Translations under genes and position numbers: made by a program
Shown: piece by piece, positions 9,643 to 19,998 of the stretch
How positions within the stretch are numbered: position 1 is the stretch's first letter
Layout of the letters: each line of letters opens with the position of its first letter
DNA from: an uncultured delta proteobacterium
GTDB lineage: Bacteria > Desulfobacterota > Binatia > UBA9968
Direction: 5' to 3'
NCBI GenBank assembly: GCA_963745835.1
Contig: CAVUZH010000016.1
Span: forward strand, 96,001 to 160,000
DNA length: 64,000 bases
The notes under the pieces: generated by a model
Told to the model about the DNA's origin: nothing
Seen by the model: only the letters and a program-made list of their open reading frames with translations
Database searches by the model: none

Positions 9643-11760
9643 CAGCACCCCCGCTCCCCGCGCCCATTTGTACTTGGCGCCCAGCACCGCGACGGGCAAT
9701 TCCGTCGTATATGGATAAGCGACAATGCCGCGCTCGTAGAGATACTCGCTCGCTTCTTCGACCTGCACGTCGCCGACCAGCGACGCGACCACCGGTTTGT
9801 CGATGCCTTTATCGCGCGCTTCTTGGACGACTTCGGCGCACAGTTTAGCGAATACCATGGGCGGCGTGATGATCGTGTGCCAGTATCCGAGGATCAGCGA
9901 ATCGATGCGCGGTTCGCCCAGCGCATAGCGAATGGTATTTGCATAGGTTGTCGGCGGCTCGCCGCCGGTAATGTCAATGGGATTGCCGGCGGCGCCGAAA
10001 GGCGGAATAAATTTTCGAAACGCAGCGTCGAGATCCGGCGGCATTTTCATCAAGGACAAGCCGTTGTCGACGCATGCGTCCGACAACAATACGCCCGATC
10101 CGCCGGCGCCGGTAATGATCACGACGTTCTCTCCTTTGGGATTCGGCAGCACCTGCAGGCCGCGAGCGAATTGCAGCATGTCATTTAAACTTTTCGCCCG
10201 GACGACGCCGCATTGTCGCAGCACGTCATCATAGATCTTATCGTTTCCCGCCAGCGCCCCCGTATGCGACGCCGCGGCGCGCGCGCCCAGCGCCGTACGC
10301 CCGGCTTTGAGCACGACCACCGGCTTCTTTTTCGACACCCGGCTCGCTATCTCGGCGAACGAACGGCCGTCCTTTAGATCCTCGCAGTGCATCGCGATGA
10401 CTTGGGTGTTATCGTCCTGTTCGAAATAAGTCAGGAGATCGTCTTCATCGAGATCCGACTTGTTGCCAAGACCGACGATGGCCGATACTCCCATCTTCGT
10501 GGAGCGCGAAAATCCGATAATCGACATGCCGACCCCGCCCGACTGCGAGCTGAGCGCGACTTTACCCTTTACGTCGTAGGGCGTGCAAAAAGTCGCGCAG
10601 AGATTTTGCGGCGTATAGTAAAAGCCGTAGATATTCGGGCCCATGACCCGCACGTTGTGCTTGCGCGCCACTCCAAGCAGCTCGTCCTGCAGCGCCTGCT
10701 CACCGATCTCGGCAAAACCCGAGGGGATCATGACGGCGCCGGGAATTTTCTTTTGCCCGACTTCCTGCATCGCCGCGGCGCAAAATTTAGCCGGGATCGC
10801 GAACACCGCCACATCGATTTCCCCGTCCACTTTGAGCACGCTTGGGTACGCCTTGCGCCCGAGGATTTCGCCGGCCTTGGGATGAATCGGCAAGATCGCT
10901 CCTTGATAGCCGCCGTTGATAAGATTTTTCATCACGGAATTGCCGATCTTGCCGTCTTCCGCCGAGGCGCCGATCACGGCGACAGAACGGGGATTCATGA
11001 TGCGCTGCATAGCTGCGAGAATTTCGCTCTGACTGTAGCGCTGCCGCGATTGTGGCGGCTCTCCTAGGACGATCCGCACGTCCACGGCACTGGCTCCCGT
11101 ATCCGTGGCAAAGATCGGGTTCAAATCAACCTCGTGAATTTCTGGAAAATCAGTCACCAGCTTTGACACTTTCGAGATGATGTCGGCCAGCGCCGCGCGA
11201 TCGACGCCTTTACCGCCGCGCACGCCGCGCAGAACCTCAGCGGCTGCGATAGAATCAAGCATTGCCAGCGCCTCGGTTTCGCTCACTGGGGCCATGCGAA
11301 AGGTAATGTCTTTCATCACTTCGACCAGAACTCCGCCAAGACCAAAGGCGATCATTTTACCGAAGGTGGCATCGGTCACGGCGCCAACCATGACTTCCTG
11401 GCCGCCTTTGAGCATTTGCTGGACCTGCACGCCCTGTATGCTGACGTTGCTGTTGTACTGCTTGGCATTGTTGACGAGCTGTTCGAACCCCGCCCGAACA
11501 TCTGCTGCGTTCTCCAGTCCAACGATAACGCCACCCGCTTCGGTTTTGTGAAGGATATCGCCCGAAACTATTTTCAAAACGACGGGGAAGCCCAACGCCG
11601 CGGCTACTTCCGCTGCCTTTGACGCTGTTGTTGCCAGCGCTTGCTTCGGCGTAGAGATTCCGTACGCTTCGCAGAATTGCTGCGCCTCGGGCGCGGTCAG
11701 AGCGCGCCGCCCGGCAGCCAGAGCAGAGTTGATAACGGTGCGTAAGCCTTCATCGTTCAT
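9640..11760 (-). CDS. Acyl-CoA synthetase (ADP-forming), acetate-CoA ligase family, ATP-grasp domain first
   Basis: N-terminal VVLKIVSGDILHKTEAGGV and DLNPI; C-terminal CoA-binding part with SQSGG, SHTGALAG, NPIDITG. Confidence 0.88.
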   Translation of the reverse strand: MNDEGLRTVINSALAAGRRALTAPEAQQFCEAYGISTPKQALATTASKAAEVAAALGFPVVLKIVSGDILHKTEAGGVIVGLENAADVRAGFEQLVNNAKQYNSNVSIQGVQVQQMLKGGQEVMVGAVTDATFGKMIAFGLGGVLVEVMKDITFRMAPVSETEALAMLDSIAAAEVLRGVRGGKGVDRAALADIISKVSKLVTDFPEIHEVDLNPIFATDTGASAVDVRIVLGEPPQSRQRYSQSEILAAMQRIMNPRSVAVIGASAEDGKIGNSVMKNLINGGYQGAILPIHPKAGEILGRKAYPSVLKVDGEIDVAVFAIPAKFCAAAMQEVGQKKIPGAVMIPSGFAEIGEQALQDELLGVARKHNVRVMGPNIYGFYYTPQNLCATFCTPYDVKGKVALSSQSGGVGMSIIGFSRSTKMGVSAIVGLGNKSDLDEDDLLTYFEQDDNTQVIAMHCEDLKDGRSFAEIASRVSKKKPVVVLKAGRTALGARAAASHTGALAGNDKIYDDVLRQCGVVRAKSLNDMLQFARGLQVLPNPKGENVVIITGAGGSGVLLSDACVDNGLSLMKMPPDLDAAFRKFIPPFGAAGNPIDITGGEPPTTYANTIRYALGEPRIDSLILGYWHTIITPPMVFAKLCAEVVQEARDKGIDKPVVASLVGDVQVEEASEYLYERGIVAYPYTTELPVAVLGAKYKWARGAGVL

Positions 11761-12052
11761 CGGAACCTCCGAGACTTCGTTATGCGATTGTTAAATTAAG
11801 CTCAGGCAGCAAAAACTGAGCGTCCTTGGCTAACGGCTGTGTTATTCGTTTTGATTGACTCCGGAGAATTGTGAACGGAAAAAAATTTCTCGCTGATGTT
11901 ACCCTGAGGCCCACCGAAGGGCTCGAAAAGACATCGCAGAATTTAAGTGAACCACGTGGCATGTCCAAGGATGGTGAGGGTTTTAGCTCGAAGTTCACTT
12001 GGCCGATCCCCGATGCACTTATACCAAGCAGCGTTGTCGCCATCGCGCGAGA

Positions 12053-13294
12053 TTAGATCGCGCCTTCGTTTTGGGCCTCTTCGATCTCATCGTCATCCAG
12101 ACCCAAGACGGATTCCAATATCTCGCCGGTGTGCTCGCCCAACAGCGGCGAACGCTTAACTTCCGTCGGTGAATCCGAGAGCTTGATCGGGTTCCCAACG
12201 GTGAGAAATTTGCCGCGCTTGGGGTGATTCACTTCGACAACCGTGCCGGTTTCGCGCAAAGACCGCTCCGCGGCAATTTCGCGCATGTCGAGGATCGGCC
12301 CGCATGGGATGTCGAATTCGTTGAGCGTGCGCATCACTTCCAGTTTATCGAGACTCATTGTCCACTGCTCGATGATCTCAAAACATTTATCGAGCTTCGG
12401 TAGGCGCTTCTCCGGTGTCGCCCATTCGGGATCGGTGATCAATTCGGGCCGGCCGCAGAGCTTCATCAGCGGTTCCCAGCCTACCGGCTGGATGATGACG
12501 TAGATGTAGTCGTTCGCCCCGCCGCCTTTGGTGCGCACCGCCGATCCCGGCTGCCCGCCGCCGGACGCGTTGCCGGCGCGCGGCACGGCGGCGCCGAAAA
12601 CTCCGTTCGGGTATTGCGGATATTCGGTCAGCGGTCCGGCCGCAAGTCTCTGCTGGTCGCGCAGCTTGACCCGGCAGAGATTTAATACGGCGTCCTGCAT
12701 CGCGCAGGTAACGCGTTGTCCTCTGCCGGTCTTCTCACGCTGGAAGAGTGCCGCGAGAATGCCCGCCGCCAGGTGGACGCCGGTGCCCGAGTCGCCGATC
12801 TGCGCGCCGGTGACGAGCGGCGGGCCATCGTCGAAGCCGGTGGTACTGGCCGCGCCACCGGTACACTGAGCGACGTTTTCATAAACTTTGCAGTCTTCAA
12901 ACGGACCGGGGCCAAAGCCCTTGACCGATGCGTAAATGATCCGAGGATTGAGCCCCTGAATGGCTTCCCAAGTAAAGCCTTGACGGTCCAGCGCGCCGGG
13001 CGCGAAGTTTTCCACCAAAACGTCGCAACGGCGAATTAGCTCGCGGAAAATCTCTTTGCCTTTTTTAGTCTTGGTGTTGAGCGTGATGCTCCGTTTGTTG
13101 CAGTTGAGCATCGTGAAATAAAGGCTGTCGACATTCGGCTTGTCGCGCAATTGGCCGCGCGTAATGTCGCCGCGGCCAGGCAGTTCCACCTTAATCACGT
13201 CGGCGCCGAACCAGGCCAAGAGTTGCGTGCAAGTAGGTCCGGATTGCACATGGGTCATGTCGAGAATACGAACTCCATCGAGCGCTTTTCCCAT
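12053..13294 (-). CDS. frc: Formyl-CoA:oxalate CoA-transferase
   Basis: [52 protein letters not shown] (catalytic Asp), [10 protein letters not shown] loop. Confidence 0.92.
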   Translation of the reverse strand: MGKALDGVRILDMTHVQSGPTCTQLLAWFGADVIKVELPGRGDITRGQLRDKPNVDSLYFTMLNCNKRSITLNTKTKKGKEIFRELIRRCDVLVENFAPGALDRQGFTWEAIQGLNPRIIYASVKGFGPGPFEDCKVYENVAQCTGGAASTTGFDDGPPLVTGAQIGDSGTGVHLAAGILAALFQREKTGRGQRVTCAMQDAVLNLCRVKLRDQQRLAAGPLTEYPQYPNGVFGAAVPRAGNASGGGQPGSAVRTKGGGANDYIYVIIQPVGWEPLMKLCGRPELITDPEWATPEKRLPKLDKCFEIIEQWTMSLDKLEVMRTLNEFDIPCGPILDMREIAAERSLRETGTVVEVNHPKRGKFLTVGNPIKLSDSPTEVKRSPLLGEHTGEILESVLGLDDDEIEEAQNEGAI

Positions 13295-13327
13295 CGATGT
13301 GTTTACTCCTTAAGAAAATTCAATCTC

Positions 13328-13520
13328 ACCACGAAGATCACGAAGGACACGAAGATTTCAGATAATCAGCTTCAATTTCGAAAATCCGAATATCGAAATT
13401 CGAAACAATTTCAAAAATCCGAGAAAATTCAAAACTCAATCGGGCGCGAGACTGCTGAAACATTCGATCTTTTGTCATTTCCAAATTGTTTCGACTTTCG
13501 CATTTCGTGCTTCGAATTTA
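13328..13520. repeat. Periodic-repeat hairpin element (9-nt CACGAAG units plus 7-nt CGAAA units in inverted arms)
   Basis: accacgaagatcacgaaggacacgaag; cgaatatcgaaattcgaaacaattt is inverted against aaattgtttcgactttcgcatttcg. Confidence 0.7.
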
Positions 13521-13559
13521 TTGTTAAGCCTTTGGCCTTGCGCGAGCATCTCCGATTTT

Positions 13560-15278
13560 CTATTTGTACATTGTTTGCGCTTTGGTGCCGGGCGCATACT
13601 CATTGATATCGACCCAGATGTTGACGATCGCGCATTGACCGCCAGCAACACGCTCGCGCGCCTTCTCCAGCGCGGGGCGAATCTGACCCGGCTCACGCAC
13701 CGCAATGCCCCAGCCGCCGAAGCACTCAGCAAATTTTTCGAAATCCACGTCGCCGAGCTTATTACCGACACAGCCGCGCTCGGGACCGTATTTACCGATT
13801 TGGCCGCAGCGGATCTGGTTCATGGCCGAGTTGTTGCCGATCACGGCAAGATAAGGCAGGCCGAAACGCTGCGCCGTTTCCATGTCCCACGACGTCATGC
13901 CGAAGGAACCATCGCCGTAGTAGCAGAGCACTTCTTTCTTGGGATGGACGAATTTCGTCGCCATGGCGAAGGAGGTGCCGACTCCCAGCGTACCGAGCGG
14001 CCCGGGATCCATCCAATTGCCGGCTTTGCGCGGTTCCACCGCGGTCGCGGTGATCGTAACCACATCGCCGCCGTCGCCGATGTAAACGGTGTTGTCCGTT
14101 AGAAACTCGTTGATCTCATAGGCAACCCGGTACGGATTGATCGGCGTCGATTCGGATTTAAACGACGGCAAGAGTTTTTCGTAGGCTTTGCCTTCCGCAG
14201 CGCGCAATTCTTTCATCCACTCAGCGCGTTGTGCATTGCCCTTCGCTGCACGGCCCGACGCCGCTTGCTCGACCGCTTTGAGAATCGCGCCGCAATCACC
14301 GACGAGCCCCAGGGATATATCGCGATTCTTACCGACGTTGCGGTAATCCAAATCGATTTGCACGACCGTCGCATCGGCACGCAACCGCCGGCCGTAACCG
14401 AGACGAAAATCGAATGGGCTGCCGACGATAAGGATCACGTCGGCCTTGTCGAACGCAAGCCGCCGTGTTCGGTTAAAGCCATGCGGATCGCCGGGGGCGA
14501 AAACGCCGCGCGCCGACCCGTTCATATAGCCAGGAATATTGAGCGCGCGGCAAAACTCCACCGCCGCATCATGCCCTCGGCAGGTCCAAACTTGCGTGCC
14601 GAATAGCGCCGCCGGACGCTCGGCCTTGACTAAAATATCGGCGAGCCGCTCGATATCCGCGGGATCGCCCACCGATTTAGTCGAGGCGCGATAGGCGCCG
14701 GGTTTGGGAACCCGCGCTCGCTCCAGCGGCACCTTGGCATCAAGCACGTCGCGGGGGATTTCCAAATAGCTCGGTCCCGGGGCGCCGTTGACCGATTCGC
14801 GGAACGCCATTGAAACCATGTCGGCAATCCGTTCCGTGTGCGGCACACTCGCAGCAAACTTGGTTATCGGCGACATGAAGTCCACGTGTGGCAAATCCTG
14901 CAGCGATCCCATCTTGTGCTGACTCAGCGCCCCTTGCCCGCCGATCATGAGAAGCGGGCTTTCGGCGCGAAAGGCATTGGCGATGCCGGTCATGGCGTTG
15001 GTGGTGCCGGGCCCCGCGGTCGTCACCACGCAGCCGATTTTGCCGCTCTGGCGCGAGTAACCGTCGGCGGCGTGCGCGGCAACCTGCTCATGGCGCACGT
15101 CGATGATTTTGATGCCTTCGTCGATGCAGCCGTCGTAGATATCGATGATATGACCGCCGCAGAGCGTCCAGATAACCTCGACGCCTTCATTCTTGAGCGC
15201 TTTGGCAACCAAATGCCCGCCGGAGATAACCGGACCGGTCGTTTCCTTTTTCGCATCGACATTAACTGATTGAGCCAT
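13560..15278 (-). CDS. TPP-dependent oxalyl-CoA decarboxylase / 2-hydroxyacyl-CoA lyase family enzyme
   Basis: TLCGGHI, DVRHEQ, TAGPGTTN, GDGSFG...GNN TPP motif; directly upstream of frc. Confidence 0.8.
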   Translation of the reverse strand: MAQSVNVDAKKETTGPVISGGHLVAKALKNEGVEVIWTLCGGHIIDIYDGCIDEGIKIIDVRHEQVAAHAADGYSRQSGKIGCVVTTAGPGTTNAMTGIANAFRAESPLLMIGGQGALSQHKMGSLQDLPHVDFMSPITKFAASVPHTERIADMVSMAFRESVNGAPGPSYLEIPRDVLDAKVPLERARVPKPGAYRASTKSVGDPADIERLADILVKAERPAALFGTQVWTCRGHDAAVEFCRALNIPGYMNGSARGVFAPGDPHGFNRTRRLAFDKADVILIVGSPFDFRLGYGRRLRADATVVQIDLDYRNVGKNRDISLGLVGDCGAILKAVEQAASGRAAKGNAQRAEWMKELRAAEGKAYEKLLPSFKSESTPINPYRVAYEINEFLTDNTVYIGDGGDVVTITATAVEPRKAGNWMDPGPLGTLGVGTSFAMATKFVHPKKEVLCYYGDGSFGMTSWDMETAQRFGLPYLAVIGNNSAMNQIRCGQIGKYGPERGCVGNKLGDVDFEKFAECFGGWGIAVREPGQIRPALEKARERVAGGQCAIVNIWVDINEYAPGTKAQTMYK

Positions 15279-15612
15279 AGTTCCTCCTTCCTGGTTTTCG
15301 TATCCGGATACCGCGCTAGTTTAGATGCAGTAACCCGTAGCGCACTCGTGTCAATTCCGACTGCGCCGCGCCGCCCAAGGGGCAAGCAGGCAACGGATTT
15401 TAAAACGAACGAAGCTTAAAGGACCTATTGAGGGTAAGTTGAAACCACGCGGTTCTACCGGCGGGATGCACTTTCCTCTTCCGTATTAGCTTTGGCGCCT
15501 TGTATCTATACTAACATATAGAATACCGCTTTCGGGCTCAAGCTTCTGTTAATCCAGATCAGACACACCGAAATCGGCTTCGGATTCCGATACAGGCCGC
15601 AAAGGCTGGCTT

Positions 15613-15650
15613 AAATCCCCGCCGACCCTTAATCTCGGAGCGGCGGGATA
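15613..15650. terminator. Hairpin downstream of the oxidoreductase operon
   Basis: atccccgccg...cggcgggat stem 25-60 nt past the beta-subunit stop. Confidence 0.45.
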
Positions 15651-15674
15651 GTTTTGACGCAGGCGAAAAACAAT

Positions 15675-16673
15675 TTAAATTCGCGCTTTTAGAATTCCTC
15701 GTAACGGCGCGACTCCCGGCATCTCCCATTCATCCCACATCGTGTCCACCATCTTCTGGATGTGGGTGAAGTGCTCTTCTTGGAGATGATCGAAGCGGCC
15801 CTGTTTGGTGAGAAATTCTTTCACCGGAATTCGTCCCTTGCCGGTTTTGCGCGCGTCCCAGGTGTAAATGATGTTGCCGTCGACGATTTCGTAGAGCGGA
15901 TAGATGCCGCATTTGATTCCCAACTCGCCGAGCTCGTTTGAGAAGCGAGGGTGATAGTCCCAGCCCTTTGGACATGGATCGTAGGTGTGGATGAAGGTCG
16001 GGCCACCGATGGCGAGCGCCTTTTGCACCTTGTTGAGATAGTCCGTGGGCGGAAAGGTGGCACAGGCGGTAGCGACGTAGCGGCAGGTCGGATGGCCGAC
16101 GGCGAGCATGCCGGCGACGTTCTTTTTCCAGCGCCGCTGCATGATCGGGTGCTTCGTTCCCGGAGGCGTGAACGTCGTCTGCGCGCCGAAAGTTGTCAGC
16201 CCTGTCGCCTGGATGTCGGTATTGGCGGCCGATTCGTTGTCGTACATGATAATCAGCAAGTCATAATCGCTCTGCAGCGCGGCGGAAATCCCTCCAATTC
16301 CCATATCGCCGGCGCCGAGATCGCCGGAGAAGTTGATGACATTGATCTTCTCGTCTTTGATCTTCCCCTTGCGCTTGAGCGCGCGCAGGCCCGCGGCCAT
16401 ACCCACGGCCGAAGAGCCACCGGCGCCGAGCTGGGTGTGCATCCAGGGCACGATCCAGGGCGTGGTCAAGTAAGAGGTGTTGGCCACATACATGCAGCCG
16501 GTCGCTCCCGTGACCACTGTGCGCGAACCCGCGACCTTGATAAAGCCGCGCATCGTCGTCGCCGACTCGCATCCCTGACAGGTGCGATGGCCAGAGGTGT
16601 AAAGCTCTTCCAGCGGAATTTTGTGAACGCCTTTGATCTTCTCGTAATCGATTTGTGGTGCAGTTGACGACAT
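15675..16673 (-). CDS. oorB: Oxalate-oxidoreductase-like 2-oxoacid:ferredoxin oxidoreductase, beta (TPP-binding) subunit
   Basis: GHRTCQGC, TGCMYVANTSY, YDNES, TTFTPPG, PCPKGW, as recalled for Moorella OOR beta. Confidence 0.72.
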   Translation of the reverse strand: MSSTAPQIDYEKIKGVHKIPLEELYTSGHRTCQGCESATTMRGFIKVAGSRTVVTGATGCMYVANTSYLTTPWIVPWMHTQLGAGGSSAVGMAAGLRALKRKGKIKDEKINVINFSGDLGAGDMGIGGISAALQSDYDLLIIMYDNESAANTDIQATGLTTFGAQTTFTPPGTKHPIMQRRWKKNVAGMLAVGHPTCRYVATACATFPPTDYLNKVQKALAIGGPTFIHTYDPCPKGWDYHPRFSNELGELGIKCGIYPLYEIVDGNIIYTWDARKTGKGRIPVKEFLTKQGRFDHLQEEHFTHIQKMVDTMWDEWEMPGVAPLRGILKARI

Positions 16674-16690
16674 AATCGTTCCTTCCTATT

Positions 16691-17932
16691 TTACTCCCTT
16701 AGACCGATCCAGGTTACGAATTCGTCCATCGAATCCTTCTTGGCCGCCTGTTGCGTTATATCGTACATCTTCTGCGCGTCCGCGATCGAGAGATCGCGCC
16801 CGCCCAGGCCGCCCATGAAATTGACGATCGCAGGCCGATTTTTGGCCGGGTAGAGACAAGAGCGGACCTCGTGCATCAGGATGCCGCAATTGTCGGGCGA
16901 GCCGTGGGCGAAATCCCTATCGACCACGCCGACCGCTTTAAAGCGGCTCAAGCACTCGCGTAGCTCAACTGTCGGGAAAGGCCGGAACCAACGCAGGTTC
17001 ACGTAACCCACTTTTTGTCCCTTCTCGCGCAGCCGGCGCGCCGCCGTGCGCGCCGGAGCCGCCACCGTGCCGACGCCGATCAGGACCGCCTCCGCGTCGT
17101 CGGTCATGAATTCATCGAAGTAGTAGGGCGCGGAGTAGCGCTCGCCGAAAACTTCGTTGAATTCTTGATACGCATCCTTGATGACGCCGCGCGCCCGTTT
17201 GGCGGCCTCCCAGTTCTGGCGTCTCAGCTCCATAACCCAGTCCTCGTTGACCTGTGGGGCGACCGAGATCGGGTTGTCGGGATGAAGCCGGCGCTCGGCC
17301 AGATCGTACTGCGGGAGAAATCTCTTCGCCGCCTCCGGCGACGGAATCTTCACCATGTGCTGGGAGTGGGTGAGGAAGGCGCCGTCCATCGCCAGCCCCA
17401 TCGGCATCCTGACTTTTTTGTCCTCCGCGATGCGGTAGCCGATCAGCACGTGCTCGAGCGCTTCTTGCGGGGTTGTCACCCAGCAAAGAAGCCAGCCCAT
17501 GTCACGGACCGCCATCGCATCGTTGTGCTCGACGCCGAAGGCGCCCGGATCATCCAGAGCGCGGTTGCCCACCACGAAAAGCGGTGGGAGACGGTCGGTC
17601 GCGGTAACGACTAGCGCTTCCATACCGTACATCCAACCCGTGCCGCTCGATCCGCCGAAGGCGCGGGCGTTCACCGAGCTGGCGTGCTTGACGATCTCGA
17701 ACTGGGAGTGCTCGCTGTCCGCGATGATGTACTCCGCGTCGAACTTTCCGTCGGCGATCAGCTTCGAAAGCGCGTCCATCACCTCGGTATAGGGACGGAT
17801 CGGATAAGCGGCAATCACGTCCACGTCCGCCAGGCAGACCCCCTGCGCGACGGCCTGGCAGCCGTTTAAAAGGTCTTCCCGCTCGTAGACGCCTGATTGA
17901 TCTGATTTGGCTTTTGCGACTGCAACGCTCAT
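16691..17932 (-). CDS. oorA: Oxalate-oxidoreductase-like 2-oxoacid:ferredoxin oxidoreductase, alpha subunit
   Basis: GCQAVAQGVCLADVDVIAAYPIRPYT (YPIRP rather than PFOR YPITP), SEHSQ, RALDDPG, RPFP. Confidence 0.75.
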   Translation of the reverse strand: MSVAVAKAKSDQSGVYEREDLLNGCQAVAQGVCLADVDVIAAYPIRPYTEVMDALSKLIADGKFDAEYIIADSEHSQFEIVKHASSVNARAFGGSSGTGWMYGMEALVVTATDRLPPLFVVGNRALDDPGAFGVEHNDAMAVRDMGWLLCWVTTPQEALEHVLIGYRIAEDKKVRMPMGLAMDGAFLTHSQHMVKIPSPEAAKRFLPQYDLAERRLHPDNPISVAPQVNEDWVMELRRQNWEAAKRARGVIKDAYQEFNEVFGERYSAPYYFDEFMTDDAEAVLIGVGTVAAPARTAARRLREKGQKVGYVNLRWFRPFPTVELRECLSRFKAVGVVDRDFAHGSPDNCGILMHEVRSCLYPAKNRPAIVNFMGGLGGRDLSIADAQKMYDITQQAAKKDSMDEFVTWIGLRE

Positions 17933-19128
17933 GCTTCAACCTCCTCGGTTTTTCTAACGGGTACGATCTTTCCCTCCGGCATGACCTCTCCCTGAGTAAC
18001 GGTAATGCCCTTGCCGGTTACGAAGGGATAGGAAACACGCGCCTTGCCTTTTTTCTCTTCGACCCAAGTGATGTACTCTTGGGAATCTTTTTTCCAATGC
18101 TCCCACGGGCTGTGGTCGTCCTCGAATTGCAACTCATCGACCATCACGATGCACTCTTTGACTGGACACACTTCGGCGCATTTGCCGCAGCCGACGCAAT
18201 ACTGATACTCGATGTCGTAGAAGCCGTCCGTGGTCGGATCGAAGCATTCGTCGGGACACTCGACCCAGCATAGGGTGCACTTGGTGCAGAGATCGAACCT
18301 GACCGCGGGTCTCTGCGTCTTGGTGGTGCCGCGCTTGAACATGGCATTTCTCGATTGTCCCTTCGGGCCCATCTCGAAGCCACGCTTCACCGCCGGAACC
18401 ACGGCGCCTTCTTGCATCTCGAACCACTTGGGCAGTACAGGTATCTCATGTGTCCACACGATTCCGTCGTTCGGCGTCACCGTCTTCACCCGTGGAGGTT
18501 TGGCCTCCTGTCTCAGCGACTCGTAGGCCGACCGCGCAGCTTCGGCACGGTGTTTCTGCTTGGTCTTGTCCATCAGATAGGATTCTACTGCCTCGATGCT
18601 GATCAGGGTGGGATCGATAGCGGCGATGCCGCCTAATATGTGCTCGTGGGTTAAATCATCCTTGTTGACCCAAAGCCCGGCGAGACTGGCGTCGCCATCG
18701 AGGATCGCCAGCCGATAATTGTAGGGTTTCTTGCCGATGAACTTGAGCAGATCATTATGCTCTTTCTTGGAAACCACGAGGAGGCAGCCGTCCTTGACCA
18801 CCCTCTCATTGATCGGCCGCACGCCGTGCCAACCCCAGGGCTCGACGCCCTTGCACATGGTGTCGTCCAGGACGACGGAGATGTTCGCCTCATCTATCTC
18901 GAGCTTGGCGCCGCATTCCGCTTCCAATTCCTCCTCGGCGAGATCTGGAGAAACAAAGGCGAAGTATTTGCAAGGGATACCGTTTCTCTCCGGCGAGTCG
19001 CTATAGCGACCGTTCGAAAATGCCCGCTGCCCCATTCGGCTCGCGATCATGACGATGTCGCTGCCGATCTTTTTCCCGAGATTTTTCTGAAAAATACCCC
19101 GATAGTTGACCTCGACGCGTTTGATCAT
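17929..19128 (-). CDS. oorD: 2-oxoacid:ferredoxin oxidoreductase gamma/delta fusion subunit with 2x[4Fe-4S] domain
   Basis: N-terminal gamma-type YSDSPERNGIP; CTKCTLCWVECP and CVGCGKCAEVCP. Confidence 0.72.
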   Translation of the reverse strand: MIKRVEVNYRGIFQKNLGKKIGSDIVMIASRMGQRAFSNGRYSDSPERNGIPCKYFAFVSPDLAEEELEAECGAKLEIDEANISVVLDDTMCKGVEPWGWHGVRPINERVVKDGCLLVVSKKEHNDLLKFIGKKPYNYRLAILDGDASLAGLWVNKDDLTHEHILGGIAAIDPTLISIEAVESYLMDKTKQKHRAEAARSAYESLRQEAKPPRVKTVTPNDGIVWTHEIPVLPKWFEMQEGAVVPAVKRGFEMGPKGQSRNAMFKRGTTKTQRPAVRFDLCTKCTLCWVECPDECFDPTTDGFYDIEYQYCVGCGKCAEVCPVKECIVMVDELQFEDDHSPWEHWKKDSQEYITWVEEKKGKARVSYPFVTGKGITVTQGEVMPEGKIVPVRKTEEVEA

Positions 19129-19865
19129 GAAATCCGCCTCTCTTTTATAAGATTTTGACTCTCTTTTTTTGCCGGGCGCTTGGACAACAGCACGCTTTCC
19201 TCGACCTGTTCGATATGGCGCAGCATTTCACTGCGCGCTCTTGTCTTGTCGTGTTTCTCTATCGCGACAATGATCCTTCGGTGCGCGTCAATAGACGATT
19301 CGCGCCGCTCGTCGGTCTGCAACGATTCCTCACGGCTGCGGCTCAGCATCTCCATCAAGCCCGACACGAGCTTTTGCAGGGCTTGATTGCGCGTGGCGCG
19401 GCTAATGCAAAAGTGCAGCTCGGCGTCCGCCTCCACGCCGGTTTCGCCGCGACTTACCGCCTCGCCTTGTTTGGCAACGATTCTTTTCAGTTGCGCGATG
19501 TCATTCCCGGTCGCCCGCTGGGCGGCGAGAGCGGCGATATGGGGTTCGATCAACTTGCGCATTTCAAACATGTCCGCGAGAGCTTTTTTCTCATCGATCA
19601 GCAGCCGCGCGAGCGGCCCAATTAAAGATTCAACCGGCAGGTCGGCAACGAAATTGCCCGTGCCGGTTCGGCTGACGATCAGTCCCTGGGTTTCTAACGC
19701 GCGAAGCGCCTCGCGTACCGAAGTTCGGCTGACTTTGAAAGTTTCAGCCAACTCGCGCTCCGAAGGGAGCTGATCACGGGCCCTGAGTCTGCCCTCCTTG
19801 ATCAATTGATGGATCTGGTTGAAGACGTCCTCGTGAATTCTGATTTTTTTGATAGCTCGAAGCAT
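19125..19865 (-). CDS. GntR/FadR family transcriptional regulator
   Basis: LPSERELAETFKVSRTSVREAL HTH plus FCD domain; ATGA overlap with the next gene. Confidence 0.92.
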   Translation of the reverse strand: MLRAIKKIRIHEDVFNQIHQLIKEGRLRARDQLPSERELAETFKVSRTSVREALRALETQGLIVSRTGTGNFVADLPVESLIGPLARLLIDEKKALADMFEMRKLIEPHIAALAAQRATGNDIAQLKRIVAKQGEAVSRGETGVEADAELHFCISRATRNQALQKLVSGLMEMLSRSREESLQTDERRESSIDAHRRIIVAIEKHDKTRARSEMLRHIEQVEESVLLSKRPAKKESQNLIKERRIS

Positions 19866-19882
19866 AGTAGTCCAACTGTCTG

Positions 19883-19921
19883 CTGGTCTGACCAGTTATC
19901 GAATTTTGGGCCGCTTGTCAA
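19883..19921 (-). promoter_or_regulatory. FadR-type operator CTGGTC-T-GACCAG with upstream TTGACA -35
   Basis: Perfect palindrome 19883-19895 matches the TGGTnnnACCA FadR-subfamily consensus; TTGACA on the minus strand at 19921-19916. Confidence 0.75.
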
Positions 19922-19998
19922 CTCTCTTTTCGTTGCTCACGACTGATGGAAAAGTTCTTTGTCGGCCGCCCGCCGTCGACGAATGACAGAGCAAACTC

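Noticed and set aside
11780-12043. 87-aa ORF between frc and the ligase, containing a REP-like ccctgag...cgaaggg segment
   Set aside because: No family signal; probably spacer with a decayed repeat, too weak to call.
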